Below are positions 8,610-19,000 of a DNA stretch of 64,000 bases, one piece after another (position 1 is the stretch's first letter; each line of letters begins with the position of its first letter). The notes under the pieces were generated by a model. The model worked only from the letters and a program-made list of their open reading frames with translations. It made no database searches and was not told the origin of the DNA. The DNA comes from an uncultured virus (IMG/VR IMGVR_UViG_3300005611_000020) (taxonomy: Duplodnaviria; Heunggongvirae; Uroviricota; Caudoviricetes). The position numbers and the translations under genes were made by a program. The stretch lies in IMG/VR virus record IMGVR_UViG_3300005611_000020. One strand, given 5' to 3'.

Positions 8610-9758
8610 ATGGATGTGGCTACGCGGATTGAGACGATTACAGTTGAGCGAGCACAAGAGATACTAGGCTGGGAGATACGTGACGCGGGTGATGCCTACC
8701 ACTTTCGAGACACGGAAGGTCAGTTTGTTTTTTGCTCAAACAACCTGAAGAACCGTCCACTCTATCGAGCCAACTGGACAAAGTTGAGAACTGAGATTCT
8801 CGCTGGTCGATGGCGGCTAAATGGTGAGCCAGTCATCATTGGTGAGTTTGGTTCCGTGCTCAATGGGCAGCATACGCTGATTGCTCTTTGTCTCGCTGCT
8901 CAGGAACGAGAACTCAATCCTGATTTGTATGACTACTGGGACGAAGAACCCTACATTGAAAAAGTGGTGACAACTGGCATTTGTGAGGATGACGAAATCA
9001 TCAACACTCTTGACACGTGCAGACCTCGCTCATTTGGTGATTGCATTTTTCGCAGCGACTATTTCAGTGATATCACCAAACCAGCAATCAGGAAAAAAAT
9101 CAGCAAGGTTGTTGAGTTTGCGGTGAGAGAAGTCTGGTCGAGGACAGGTAAGAAAGACCCGTTCTCAACACAGCGAACACACTCAGAGTCTATGGACTTC
9201 ATCGAGAAGCATCCTCGGATTCTGGAGTGTGTTCGTTTTTGTTTTGAAACGAATGATGGTCTGGAAAAGTACCTTGAAAGGTTCTTGTCTCTTGGGGCTA
9301 TTTCAGGTTTGCATTACCTGATGAGTACCAGCCACTCATCTGATTCAGATTATTATCAGGACCAGACTGAGTACCATTTGAATTTTCAAGCTCAAGAATC
9401 AGCAGAAGAATTCTGGCGAGCGATTGCTACCAATGACAAGCACTTCTCTCTCCTCAGGAAATACCTGTCACCGTTAGGTGGCTTAGGAAATCGTGACAAA
9501 GAGGAACGAACTGCTTTGATTTGTAAGGCATGGGAAGCCTGGTCTGACGATAAACCTATTGATGATCATTCTCTTCATTTGGAGTACGGCACCAACGAGT
9601 CTGGTAAGACTATCGTGATTGATAACTGCTCTGTTGGTGGAATCGATCTTGGCAACAAAGGAAAAAACGAAGATGACGAAATGGTTTTTGATCTAAGTGA
9701 TAGAATACAGCAAGAGAAGAAACAAAGTCTCCGACGTAAGAGGCTTTCCACTAAGTGA
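8610..9758 (+). CDS. DGQHR/ParB-like domain protein (paralog 1)
   Basis: SNN..NRP, WRLNGEPV, VLNGQHTL; GGGAG RBS before the ATG at 8610. Confidence 0.65.
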   Translation: MDVATRIETITVERAQEILGWEIRDAGDAYHFRDTEGQFVFCSNNLKNRPLYRANWTKLRTEILAGRWRLNGEPVIIGEFGSVLNGQHTLIALCLAAQERELNPDLYDYWDEEPYIEKVVTTGICEDDEIINTLDTCRPRSFGDCIFRSDYFSDITKPAIRKKISKVVEFAVREVWSRTGKKDPFSTQRTHSESMDFIEKHPRILECVRFCFETNDGLEKYLERFLSLGAISGLHYLMSTSHSSDSDYYQDQTEYHLNFQAQESAEEFWRAIATNDKHFSLLRKYLSPLGGLGNRDKEERTALICKAWEAWSDDKPIDDHSLHLEYGTNESGKTIVIDNCSVGGIDLGNKGKNEDDEMVFDLSDRIQQEKKQSLRRKRLSTK

Positions 9759-9775
9759 AAAAGGAGATTGATATC

Positions 9776-10240
9776 ATGCAAGTCTTTTTACCACACCCTT
9801 CATTTCAGGAATCAGTACGGTGCCTTGATCCAGTGAGATTAGGCAATCAAATCTGGAGAGAATGTAAGACAGTAGCTCAAGGCAAGTGGCCAAATCATCC
9901 AGTCACTAGGATGTGGCGAGGTTATACTGGTGCCTTGTGTGAGTACGCTCTTGAGGGGCTGAAGGAATTGGCTAGTCGTGATCCTTCTTTGGGTTATGGA
10001 TCAGGTAAATTCTACGTCGAACATTGGGATTTCTTCGCTGATTTGCAGATGAAACAGAGCCATTGTGAGTTGCCGCCTTGGATTGGAGATGAAAAGTTCC
10101 ATTCTAGCCATCGATCAGCTCTATTGTTCAAGAATTTCGATTGGTTTGGCCGATTTGGCTGGTCAGAATCGCCTGCCGAGCCTGATTTGAAAGGCAAATT
10201 GCCCTACGTTTGGCCAGAAATTCCTTTGGTTTTGAGCTAA
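9776..10240 (+). CDS. pyrimidine dimer DNA glycosylase-like (MSMEG_6728 family) protein
   Basis: MQVFLP, LD..RLGNQ..E, NHPVTRMWRGY, PPWIG...FHSSHRS.L, LPYVWP. Confidence 0.85.
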   Translation: MQVFLPHPSFQESVRCLDPVRLGNQIWRECKTVAQGKWPNHPVTRMWRGYTGALCEYALEGLKELASRDPSLGYGSGKFYVEHWDFFADLQMKQSHCELPPWIGDEKFHSSHRSALLFKNFDWFGRFGWSESPAEPDLKGKLPYVWPEIPLVLS

Positions 10241-10280
10241 TCTCAAAAACTTTTGAAATTTTTCTGGTTTTTCAGTCGTT

Positions 10281-10320
10281 AGGGGTTTTCAAAAGCTGAT
10301 AACTACTTATAGTGCTTCTC
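10281..10320 (+). promoter_or_regulatory. conserved early-type promoter copy
   Basis: AGGGGTTTTCA-N16-TATAGTGCTTCT, nearly identical to 12721-12760. Confidence 0.65.
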
Positions 10321-10364
10321 AGCGGGAGTCAAAAACAACTAACTCAAAACCAAGGGGATTCAAA

Positions 10365-10517
10365 ATGGTAACAGCAAACATGATTCTTGACCTGATTGAA
10401 GATGCTGAAGAAACTCTTTTTGATCTTGAGGGAGAATTTGGTCAATACGATTTTTGCAATGGCATCAGAAGACACATTGCACAGCTGGAAAAAGAACTTG
10501 CAACGTTTGAAGATTGA
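10365..10517 (+). CDS. 50-aa hypothetical protein
   Basis: Manual ORF MVTANMILDL... with AAGGGG RBS. Confidence 0.6.
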   Translation: MVTANMILDLIEDAEETLFDLEGEFGQYDFCNGIRRHIAQLEKELATFED

Positions 10518-10520
10518 TAA

Positions 10521-10580
10521 GCCGAAACCGGGGCAACCCGGTCTGCCAGATTTAACCTACTGGCACTGATGAGGCAGGTT
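10521..10580 (+). ncRNA. hammerhead ribozyme, type II (copy 1)
   Basis: GCC-GAAA-CCGGG(GCAA)CCCGG-TC-TGCCAG(loop)CTGGCA-CTGATGA-GGC, a complete catalytic core. Confidence 0.9.
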
Positions 10581-10601
10581 CCTTCAACTGGAGATACTGA
10601 G

Positions 10602-10835
10602 ATGTTCAAGACGATTAAATCTGCATTGGCTTCTGTTACTTGTGACACCAAATGCACTTGCTGTGGCAAGCCAGCTTCTTCAGGCTACATGAATCAAGCT
10701 TCTGGAGAGGCTTGTGTAGCAATGATTCATGATAATTACTCTCAAGGTTTTCGAGCACAATTGATCCGTAAAAACTGGAAAGGTAAGAAACGACAGACTG
10801 GAATCTCAGGAGCAGGTTTACTTGACAGAAAGTAA
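10602..10835 (+). CDS. hypothetical Cys-containing protein between the two ribozymes
   Basis: GGAG RBS, ATG at 10602 (MFKTIK...). Confidence 0.6.
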   Translation: MFKTIKSALASVTCDTKCTCCGKPASSGYMNQASGEACVAMIHDNYSQGFRAQLIRKNWKGKKRQTGISGAGLLDRK

Positions 10836-10898
10836 GTCGAAACTCCCTTCGGGGAGTCTGTCAGGGTTTGGTTCCCTGGTACTGATGAGACAGCCAAA
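10836..10898 (+). ncRNA. hammerhead ribozyme, type II (copy 2)
   Basis: GTC-GAAA-CTCCC(TTCG)GGGAG-TC-TGTCAGGG(loop)CCCTGGTA-CTGATGA-GAC. Confidence 0.9.
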
Positions 10899-10908
10899 GG
10901 AGATTGCG

Positions 10909-12675
10909 ATGAGAAAGCAAGAGATTGAAATCGGAAAAAGTTACTCTGCCAAAATCAGTAACAAAGTAACAACAGTGAGGATTGATTCTGAAAATCCTCA
11001 TGGTGGCTGGAATGCTACCAACAATGACACCGGGAGAAGTGTCAGGATTAAGACGGCGGCAAAACTGAGGTATCCGGTAAGTGGCAAACCGAATCTAGCT
11101 GACAAACTTCAATCAACAAAACAAGAGATAATCCCTAATCATGTCATCGTTAATGCTTTGGCTGGAACTGGCAAGACGACGACGATCATTGAAGGTCTGA
11201 AACTCATCAAAGGGATGGAACCTTCAATCACTCCATCACCTCAGCAACAAGCTATCTGGGATGAGATGATGAAATCTCAGGGAGTCAATTCAGTTGTCTT
11301 TTGTTGTTTCAACAAATCCATTCAACAGGAACTTGAATCAAGGGTTCCTTCTGGCTGTGAAGCCATGACCATGCACAGTCTAGGTTTCAAAGCTGTTCAA
11401 TCAGCGTTTGGTAAGATTCGTCCTGATCAATGGCGTACAAGCAACATCATCTGTGAAATCATGAGGATGGAATTCAGGGACGTTCGCAAGAAGAAATTAG
11501 AAGTACTTAATGGTGTCAGCAATTTGGTTTCACTCTGCAAACAGAATCTAGTTAATGCTGAAGACGTTAGTGAGTTATCCCGATTGGCTGGTCATTATGG
11601 TATTGAGCTGAATGGTAACTCAACAGAAATCTTCGATCTTGTGCCTCAAGTAATAGAACGAAGCAAAGACGTTGACCGTGATCGTTCAATTCATTTTGAT
11701 GATATGATCTGGCTTCCGGTTGTTTTGGGATTACACGTTCCGAAAGCTGATCTGTTGTTAGTCGACGAAGCACAAGACCTTAACCGATGCCAGCAGGCTC
11801 TAGCGAAGAAAGCTGGAAAGCGTTTAATTCTTGTTGGCGATCCGAAACAGGCTATCTATGGCTTTGCTGGTGCCGATGCTGAATCAATGCCAAGGATGTT
11901 TCAAGAGCTTTCGCAGACTGAGGCTGGCTGTGTTGAACTTCCTCTCACGGTCACTCGCCGATGTGGTAAGGCAATCGTTGAAGAAGCCAAGAAACTGGTT
12001 CCCAACTTTGAAGCTCATGAGAGTAATGGAGAAGGAGCAATTTCTAATATTCAAATCAATACAGATGATGCAACATCGTCTGCTCACAATTACAGAAATC
12101 ATTGTGAAGATGGTGATATGGTTCTCTGCCGTGTGAATGCTCCGCTCGTTAGTGAGTGTTTCAAATTCTTACGACAGGGCAAGAAAGCCACTATTCGAGG
12201 TCGGGATATTGGCAAAGGCTTGATTCAGACAGTTCAGAAATTAGGTAAGTCTGGATCATCATGGAGTGAAGCTGACAAGTATCTCAGCATCACCGATTTT
12301 GTTGAGCGACTCTCACTCTGGAATTCTGAGGAGACTGACAAAGAGAACGCTAAAAAGAACCCTTCAGAACAGCGACTGATGGCTCTCTCAGATAAATATG
12401 AAACACTCATTTGTTTCACTGAAGAAGTCAGTACAGTAGGAGACTTGATTGCTAAAATTGAAGCTATCTTCAGTGACAAAAACACAACAGGGATTCAGTT
12501 CAGTTCAATTCACAAGGCCAAAGGCTTAGAAGCTAATCGAGTTTTCATCCTGATGCCGAAAGATGCTCAAATTCCTCACCCGATGGCGAAGACACCTTGG
12601 GCAATCGACCAAGAGTGGAATTTGAAATACGTGGCAATCACCAGGGCAATTCAAGAGCTGGTGTACGTCAGCTAG
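10909..12675 (+). CDS. UvrD/Rep-like SF1 helicase with small N-terminal accessory domain
   Basis: ALAGTGKTTT, LVDEAQD, VGDPKQAIYGFAGA, SIHKAKGLE, YVAITRA; AAAGGAG RBS before the ATG at 10909. Confidence 0.92.
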   Translation: MRKQEIEIGKSYSAKISNKVTTVRIDSENPHGGWNATNNDTGRSVRIKTAAKLRYPVSGKPNLADKLQSTKQEIIPNHVIVNALAGTGKTTTIIEGLKLIKGMEPSITPSPQQQAIWDEMMKSQGVNSVVFCCFNKSIQQELESRVPSGCEAMTMHSLGFKAVQSAFGKIRPDQWRTSNIICEIMRMEFRDVRKKKLEVLNGVSNLVSLCKQNLVNAEDVSELSRLAGHYGIELNGNSTEIFDLVPQVIERSKDVDRDRSIHFDDMIWLPVVLGLHVPKADLLLVDEAQDLNRCQQALAKKAGKRLILVGDPKQAIYGFAGADAESMPRMFQELSQTEAGCVELPLTVTRRCGKAIVEEAKKLVPNFEAHESNGEGAISNIQINTDDATSSAHNYRNHCEDGDMVLCRVNAPLVSECFKFLRQGKKATIRGRDIGKGLIQTVQKLGKSGSSWSEADKYLSITDFVERLSLWNSEETDKENAKKNPSEQRLMALSDKYETLICFTEEVSTVGDLIAKIEAIFSDKNTTGIQFSSIHKAKGLEANRVFILMPKDAQIPHPMAKTPWAIDQEWNLKYVAITRAIQELVYVS

Positions 12676-12720
12676 GATGATTTCAGAAATTTTGCCCGAT
12701 TTCAGAAATTCTTAGCCTCT

Positions 12721-12760
12721 AGGGGTTTTCAAGAGCCGACAAGTAGTTATAGTGCTTCTT
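12721..12760 (+). promoter_or_regulatory. conserved early-type promoter copy
   Basis: AGGGGTTTTCA-N16-TATAGTGCTTCT. Confidence 0.65.
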
Positions 12761-12798
12761 ATCACTGACACGGACACAACAAACCAAAGGAACACACG

Positions 12799-12951
12799 AT
12801 GAAAACTCTCAGCCTTGGCAACAATGAAACGATCAGCAGCGGAATCGCCAAGAACAGCGACGGGACATACACAGCGATGACATTCACGCAAAGCCGAGAC
12901 TTCAAGACGCTGAAGGGTGCTCAGAAATGGCTCGCAAGCAAACAGCGATAG
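12799..12951 (+). CDS. DUF1391-like small phage protein
   Basis: Manual translation MKTLSLGNNETISSGIAKNSDGTYTAMTFTQSRDFKTLKGAQKWLASKQR. Confidence 0.7.
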   Translation: MKTLSLGNNETISSGIAKNSDGTYTAMTFTQSRDFKTLKGAQKWLASKQR

Positions 12952-13012
12952 GCGGCAAGCGAAAAGGGGCTTAAGGCAGTAGAGGGGAACAACAAACCAA
13001 AGGAACGAGACA

Positions 13013-14938
13013 ATGAAGAACTACCTGACAACACTGATCGAAGAAAAGGGCCGCGAACTGACTGACACGATCAAACTCGAAGGGCATATCGGCCTGACCT
13101 ACCAGATGCTGGTCGACTTCATCGAAACAATGCCTGAGTATCACGCACAGATTCGCCAGACGCTGGTGAAGATCGACTTCCTAAACGGCGACGTGTTCGA
13201 CTTCCTGAACCACTTGGCGGAAGGAATGGTGGCCAGTGTCTCTTAATGGGTGAAAACCTGACTAGCTTAATCCTGAGCACGATTTGAAACTGCTCACTGT
13301 TTTTTACTTTTACTTTTACTTTCCAAGAAGACTTGGCATGTGTCGCAACTTCATCCACTTTTTGAATGAGCTGGAAGTGTTCTTTCTTTTCACTTATCCC
13401 CGGCATCAACAGGAAATCTCTAATGCTAAGTACCTAAAGAAAAGGAAAAGAGAGAGCTGCAAAAGATATGAAGCAGTCAGAAGAGTAAAAATGAGAAACG
13501 GAAATTCTTCACTTGAGGAATCTTCACAAAGGTATCATGGCCAAGGGGCTATCGACTAACACAAACAAGAAGGAGATTGAGATGACTTCAGTTGGCGGCT
13601 ACGGTGGAGAACAAGCAGATCAACCTGAGTTTTACAAAAGTCCTGTGAGGTTAGAATTGCCTCTCGGAACTGCAAAGTGTGATGTTTGCTCCTGCCTGTT
13701 CTCTGAATCTGAAATGTTCAAAACAGAGAATCAAATTGTGTGTGAGTCATGCACTCATAAGATTATTCATGACTCGATGGGTAGTGTTACTGTTCGGCGG
13801 CTTTATCAGGTGACCGGTCCCGTTCCAAAGAAAGGTTGAGGTAATGAGCGAAGCTATCACAGCGGCAGTTCCAGTTCTGATTGGAATGGGAATCGTCGTT
13901 TTGTTTTGGAAGGACTGATAATGGACATTCAGCGATTGCGGAAATCGATCAATGTTTGTCGAGTATACTTTGTAATCGTCTAAGGGGATGGTAGATTGTG
14001 GATTCTACAAATGACGATAATTGTCTCTCCCAGGCTGTGCAGCGATGTCGCATACAGTCAGACACTCGGTATGGCGTAGTTCATAGGATTGCTAGGTCGG
14101 GAAACGAGACTGATTGTGGATTGGGTATTTGTAGTGGTGGTTGGTGGGTTTTAGGAAACGAAACAAAACATTCAGTTACATGTCTGTCATGTTTGAGAAA
14201 AGAATCTCCCGCCTCAACCTGATCCAAGGGGAAGCCAACCTTGGTGGGAGATATCAGGGAGACGGGAGACGAAGTGGTTTAGTTTTTCAACAACAAAGGA
14301 GATAGTGCATTATGATCAAACGCACAGAGCGTATTTTCAAGCGGAGGGTTGCAGTCATCGGAACTGAAACAGTTAAGGTGGTTACGTTTTGGCTGTTGTG
14401 GTGCATTCCCGTGTTTTCGACTGAAGAAATTATCTCATCTACGGAATTAAGGTAAGTCTAAAAAGCAAAGGAGATTGAGATGATTGAATCAGTTAGGGAA
14501 GGAAATGGTCAAGGTCCAGATGTTCGATTTGATGATATCAAAGAATCAACACTCTATGAGATAATTTCCCCAGACTTTAATAAGGGAAGAATCGTAATGA
14601 AGCCGAAAGCTATGAACTGTCTTATCGAAGTCTACAACCCTGAGAAGTCTCACCCGTTGAGTGGTTGGAGTAGACCTGAACAGACAAATCTTGCTTTCAG
14701 GCTTTATGAAGGATCAGTTACGCTTTCCAATCAGGAAGAATAGTTTTCAACAACAAAGGAGATTGAGATGAACAATCAAGAGATTATTTTGGAACGAGAC
14801 AGAGTTGAGTGCTTAGTTGAGAATCTAAAGTTAGTTCTAGAAGTAAAATCACACTATCAATTCAAGCTGCGATTTGACGAAAAGACGCTAACGATTATTC
14901 CTCATGCTTCTCCAGTTGAAATAGTCTTGAAAAAATAA
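13013..14938 (+). CDS. run of small early-region hypothetical genes (13013-13246, 13582-13839, 13998-14222, 14312-14455, 14480-14743, 14768-14938)
   Basis: Most are preceded by the shared AAGGA RBS motif. Confidence 0.55.
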
Positions 14939-14944
14939 TTCCAT

Positions 14945-15697
14945 CTACATTTTCTCATAGTGGTAAGGGTCATGTTCTTTTCGGGACATGGCCTTTTTTC
15001 GTTGAGCAACAAACTGACTCAATGTCTGGCTTCTCTGGTGGGATTCTTCTGGTCTGCTTCCATCCATCAATTCAGTAGCTCGCCCACACCAGTTCTTGCC
15101 CGCTTCGCCTACGTGCAGGACATTCCAAGGTGTTCTGACTTTGTTTTGAGGTTCCCACTTACGCTGAAAGAATGAGTCAGCTCCGCCTGCATGTTTCCAA
15201 TTTGTTTGATGCCAGGGTGATGGTCCCAAATGGTAATCATCAGCATGGAAGATTTGAGTATACCCTGCCCATTCACCAGTATTGCCATGAGTTCTGTATC
15301 TCTTCCACTCATGTTCCTGGGGGAATGGGTCGGTGATATCTGAGAACATGTGGCGTAGGGGCGTGTAGAGTTTTCCTATTTCATATTCCTGATGTTTGAT
15401 TTCTTTCGGCCAAAGAACATCAGCGTCCATCAAACACATCCAGCCGTGTCTTCCAAAGTGATCTAGTCCACTCTCAAGAGCCAGCCATTTATTGAATGAC
15501 GCTCCACCCTCATAGAATTCCCTTGTGAGATACATCTGGCAATCATGGGATTCAGCTAATTGGATTGTGTTGGTGTCATCTGGTGTTGTAACAATCAAGA
15601 CTTCTGAAAAGTGATGACGGTTGTAAGGTAGTGTGATTGCCATCAAGTCTGAGTAGTCCACACATACCATTGCAGCTCGTAGGTTCTGTTGAATCAT
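14945..15697 (-). CDS. GT-A fold glycosyltransferase-like protein
   Basis: VLIVT..DD.T, FNKW.ALE.GL, LMDADV (DxD), GYTQIF. Confidence 0.7.
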   Translation of the reverse strand: MIQQNLRAAMVCVDYSDLMAITLPYNRHHFSEVLIVTTPDDTNTIQLAESHDCQMYLTREFYEGGASFNKWLALESGLDHFGRHGWMCLMDADVLWPKEIKHQEYEIGKLYTPLRHMFSDITDPFPQEHEWKRYRTHGNTGEWAGYTQIFHADDYHLGPSPWHQTNWKHAGGADSFFQRKWEPQNKVRTPWNVLHVGEAGKNWCGRATELMDGSRPEESHQRSQTLSQFVAQRKKAMSRKEHDPYHYEKM

Positions 15698-16641
15698 TAT
15701 CGTTGTCCATTCTGAATGTAGTCGATCACTCGTCCAACCCCATTCGGTTGAATGACAGGCAGCTCTGCAACAAGCTCCAAAGGTCTCTCTTTGATCTTTG
15801 GTTTATACACATCAAGCCAGAACTTGGTCGTCTGCTCAGTACCTGTTTTTGATTGTGATAATTCACCGTGACCTTTCAGAGGTACTCCACAATCATGACA
15901 ATGATGCCGGACTTGATCAGCGTAGAAACTCATTGGAAGTTTCCACCAATCCGGTATCAAAGAAATATCAACACCAGTGTCTGGGTAATCAGGATTGTGT
16001 TGTTTCAACATTGCTTGAGCACCAGCTATTTCACAGAACCAGGCTCTTGCTTTACCTCTGAATTGACCAATCATTGAAGACCAGTGCTGGTTAATGTCAC
16101 ACTGGCTGATGAGTTCCCATCGTTGTTCTTCTGAAATTCCCAAGTCACGCATGGACGCATACACGGGAGAATGTCGGCTGTCTTTATCCAAACCAACTGG
16201 CATACATTCTGGCCAATCTCTTTTGAATTCATCATAGGCTTCATGATCGAGATGAACGTTGAGATTGCTAACACGTGAATTGAACGTCTCACGCATCACT
16301 TTGCCATTTCCTTTTGGATGATTACACCAAAGACCTCGTTGCTCGAATGGAATATGTTCTCGAAGAATCTCACATATTTGTGGGAACTGAGGATGAAGTG
16401 CTGGGTTGCCACCAAAGATACCAACAACACCGAAATAGCCTTTGAGTGATTTTACAGCCAGCTCAAAGTTCTCCAGTGTCATCATGCCGGGATTGCCACC
16501 AAGGTTACTTCCTTGGGTACACCCAAAGCATGATTTATCACATGCACGAGTGAGCCATATTTGAATAACCCCCTCTCTCCATTTACCTGGTCGCCTCTCC
16601 CCAGGAGCAACCATCTTTTCAATCGCTTGTTGTTCATTCAT
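15697..16641 (-). CDS. radical SAM protein
   Basis: CDKSCFGC (CxxxCxxC), GGNPALHPQF, and extra C-terminal Cys (FCEIA, CHDCG). Confidence 0.85.
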   Translation of the reverse strand: MNEQQAIEKMVAPGERRPGKWREGVIQIWLTRACDKSCFGCTQGSNLGGNPGMMTLENFELAVKSLKGYFGVVGIFGGNPALHPQFPQICEILREHIPFEQRGLWCNHPKGNGKVMRETFNSRVSNLNVHLDHEAYDEFKRDWPECMPVGLDKDSRHSPVYASMRDLGISEEQRWELISQCDINQHWSSMIGQFRGKARAWFCEIAGAQAMLKQHNPDYPDTGVDISLIPDWWKLPMSFYADQVRHHCHDCGVPLKGHGELSQSKTGTEQTTKFWLDVYKPKIKERPLELVAELPVIQPNGVGRVIDYIQNGQR

Positions 16642-16676
16642 TTTGTTCCCAATGCTTCCTGATGATTAACCAATGT

Positions 16677-17267
16677 CTATTCAGTACGAAAAGTGTAAAA
16701 GCTCCAAGGTAATCCATTCTCCTCAGCAATCAGATGAATTTGCTGATCCATATCCCAGAAGAAATCTGCTACCGCTTGTTGAATATCCTTACCCCATCCA
16801 CCATCAACTTCACCGGGACATATGAAATCATGGCCTGCGAGTATTCCACCAATTTTGAGTTTCGGCCACCACAATTTCAGGTCCTTCAAAACTGATTGAT
16901 ACGAGTGGTCACCATCAATATAGACGAAGTCCAGACTTTGATTTGTGAAATGATTTGCAGCTTCATCAGACATCATCCGTAGCATTGTGGTACGTGCTTT
17001 GAAATGTTGCAAAGAATCTTGAGCAACTTGATAATCATCATTCCTGTCTTGGCTGTTGGCTAAGTATCTTGCTTGATGTTCATACCCATCTGGTATACTC
17101 CAAGGATCAACACAAGTTAAATAACCATGTTTCCATTGTCGTATGATGATCTTTGCAAAGTCAGCTCGATGAGTTCCAACTTCCACGCCATGACCAATTG
17201 GACAGGTTCGGTTAAGCAGTATTGGTAACTGACTCCGAGATGAAAATTCTGAGAGCAAAAATGCCAT
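16677..17267 (-). CDS. class I SAM methyltransferase (Methyltransf_24-like)
   Basis: GVEVGT, VDPW, LDFVYIDGDHSY..V..DL..W..KLK.GG.LAGHD. Confidence 0.9.
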   Translation of the reverse strand: MAFLLSEFSSRSQLPILLNRTCPIGHGVEVGTHRADFAKIIIRQWKHGYLTCVDPWSIPDGYEHQARYLANSQDRNDDYQVAQDSLQHFKARTTMLRMMSDEAANHFTNQSLDFVYIDGDHSYQSVLKDLKLWWPKLKIGGILAGHDFICPGEVDGGWGKDIQQAVADFFWDMDQQIHLIAEENGLPWSFYTFRTE

Positions 17268-18322
17268 TAGTAACCTCTTCTCAAATTCTCAATTGATTGC
17301 ATCATTCGAAGTCCCGATGTCCGGTAGTCATAATACTCACAAGCTGCATCTGCAAACAGCTTTTGAATCTGAGGATCATAGTTAGTAACTGCATCATGAA
17401 TAACCTGCTTCAAGTCACCGATTGAAATGTCAGGAGATACTCGAATCAGATTGCAGTCAATCTTTGGTAGTTGATCATCTAAGGGCAGGTCAGTAATGAC
17501 TGTGCATCCGCAAGCTGTAGCTTCGATGATTTTTCTTAGGGCATACCCAAGTTTAGAAGAAGTGCAGATGGCAACTTTGAAGCCTGACAGGTATTGAAGG
17601 AATTCTGGTGTTGAACTTCCTCTAAGGTGATATCCCGGATGCTGTCGATAGTCAACATGCGGCAAAGTTCTCAGATTGTTGATAATTCGTACTCGTAGTG
17701 GATACCAATTACTGGCAGCTCCACTGATGACACATGGCTTGCGATCATCTGGAGTGTATTCTGGTACTTCGTTTTGATTGATGCTGTGATAGATACGAAT
17801 CAGATGTTCTGGTCTAACATAGGGTGCCAGGTGTTTAACGATTCGAGGATGGTAGTAGCACAGCCAAGTATGAATCCCAGCTTCATTAGCAAAGTTGATT
17901 TGAAATTGTGCATCGTGGTGAGCATCTTTCAATACACCAACTTTGAAAATGTCGGGATGATTTTTCAAATGCTCAAGATTGCGAAATGCACATGATGTAT
18001 CTTTGGGATTACCTCTCATTCGATGCCATTCTCGTTTGTCTTGAATGACAACTACTTGAGGATTTGCCCATGCGTCGATTTGAGAAACATCTACAGTGTC
18101 ATAGAATCGAGAAAAGTTGTGGCCATAAAGTGGGTATCCAACATGCTGAAATCCAAGCTGTAATTGCCACCCTTCACTTGTCATGTGATATTCCATCTCT
18201 CTGGCGGCTAGCATGATTCCACCAGTCCGATTTGAATCAGCTAGATACTCTGGAATCGGTAACTGTTTGACTCCAGGAGAGGGCAGTGAGTTAATCACAC
18301 TCTGAACTGTTCTTAGTGGCAC
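17267..18322 (-). CDS. GT-B fold glycosyltransferase-like protein (Glyco_trans_1_2-like C-terminus)
   Basis: YPLR, HPGY, RKIIEATACGCTVITD. Confidence 0.7.
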   Translation of the reverse strand: MPLRTVQSVINSLPSPGVKQLPIPEYLADSNRTGGIMLAAREMEYHMTSEGWQLQLGFQHVGYPLYGHNFSRFYDTVDVSQIDAWANPQVVVIQDKREWHRMRGNPKDTSCAFRNLEHLKNHPDIFKVGVLKDAHHDAQFQINFANEAGIHTWLCYYHPRIVKHLAPYVRPEHLIRIYHSINQNEVPEYTPDDRKPCVISGAASNWYPLRVRIINNLRTLPHVDYRQHPGYHLRGSSTPEFLQYLSGFKVAICTSSKLGYALRKIIEATACGCTVITDLPLDDQLPKIDCNLIRVSPDISIGDLKQVIHDAVTNYDPQIQKLFADAACEYYDYRTSGLRMMQSIENLRRGY

Positions 18323-18328
18323 TTCTAG

Positions 18329-19000
18329 CTATCTCCTCAGTAGTTCCATTGCATCAAATTTATCACCAACGAAACAAGGTGATATCCTTCCCGGTTGTGG
18401 TCGTCTCGTACTGGGGACATCACCTTCATCACGGTGTTGAATTAAACTTGGATAGTGAACCTTCTCAATAATCCCAAGTCTTCTGGAAGCCAGACAGATT
18501 GTCTTATCGATTCCTCTTGTTCCTTCAGGCTCTTGAGGGTGGCCAACAATTTCCTGAGAAGAGAGGAGTTGCATAAAAGCAGGACGAGTGAAAACCAGAC
18601 CTAGTGCCCCCCTTCCCATTTGGTTTGATGAGTACCAACCGGGAGTTTGTGAGCTATCTTTGACGTGTTCTGTATTGCTTCTCCCACAATACAAATTGAA
18701 GTAGCAATTGGCGTGAGGTGAGAGAGTAGCTTGAAGGTATGGCTTCAGGTTCTTACAGCAGATGATGTCATCTTGAAAGATGCAATAGAAATCTGACTTT
18801 GGATTTCTTAACCACAACTCCCAAGCTGTGAGAATCCAGTTGCCATACATCCCATAAGGTTCCCCATCAACACCATCAACAGATCGCACTAGCTGATTTG
18901 TTGGGAATGATGCTTTGTTAAGTTGTTGTACTGTCTCATTCAATGCTCCTGATTGCATACGATCAAAACATGAAGTGACTGCGAAGCTGAATGATGTCAT
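18329..19000 (-). CDS. glycosyltransferase-like protein (GT-A)
   Basis: IFQDDII, GALGLVF, GID, YPSLIQH; start reassigned to MTSF at 19000. Confidence 0.65.
   Translation of the reverse strand: MTSFSFAVTSCFDRMQSGALNETVQQLNKASFPTNQLVRSVDGVDGEPYGMYGNWILTAWELWLRNPKSDFYCIFQDDIICCKNLKPYLQATLSPHANCYFNLYCGRSNTEHVKDSSQTPGWYSSNQMGRGALGLVFTRPAFMQLLSSQEIVGHPQEPEGTRGIDKTICLASRRLGIIEKVHYPSLIQHRDEGDVPSTRRPQPGRISPCFVGDKFDAMELLRR

Noticed and set aside
10569..10908. Upstream starts of track ORFs 10569 and 10822
   Set aside because: The extensions run through the hammerheads; RBS-supported starts are 10602 and 10909
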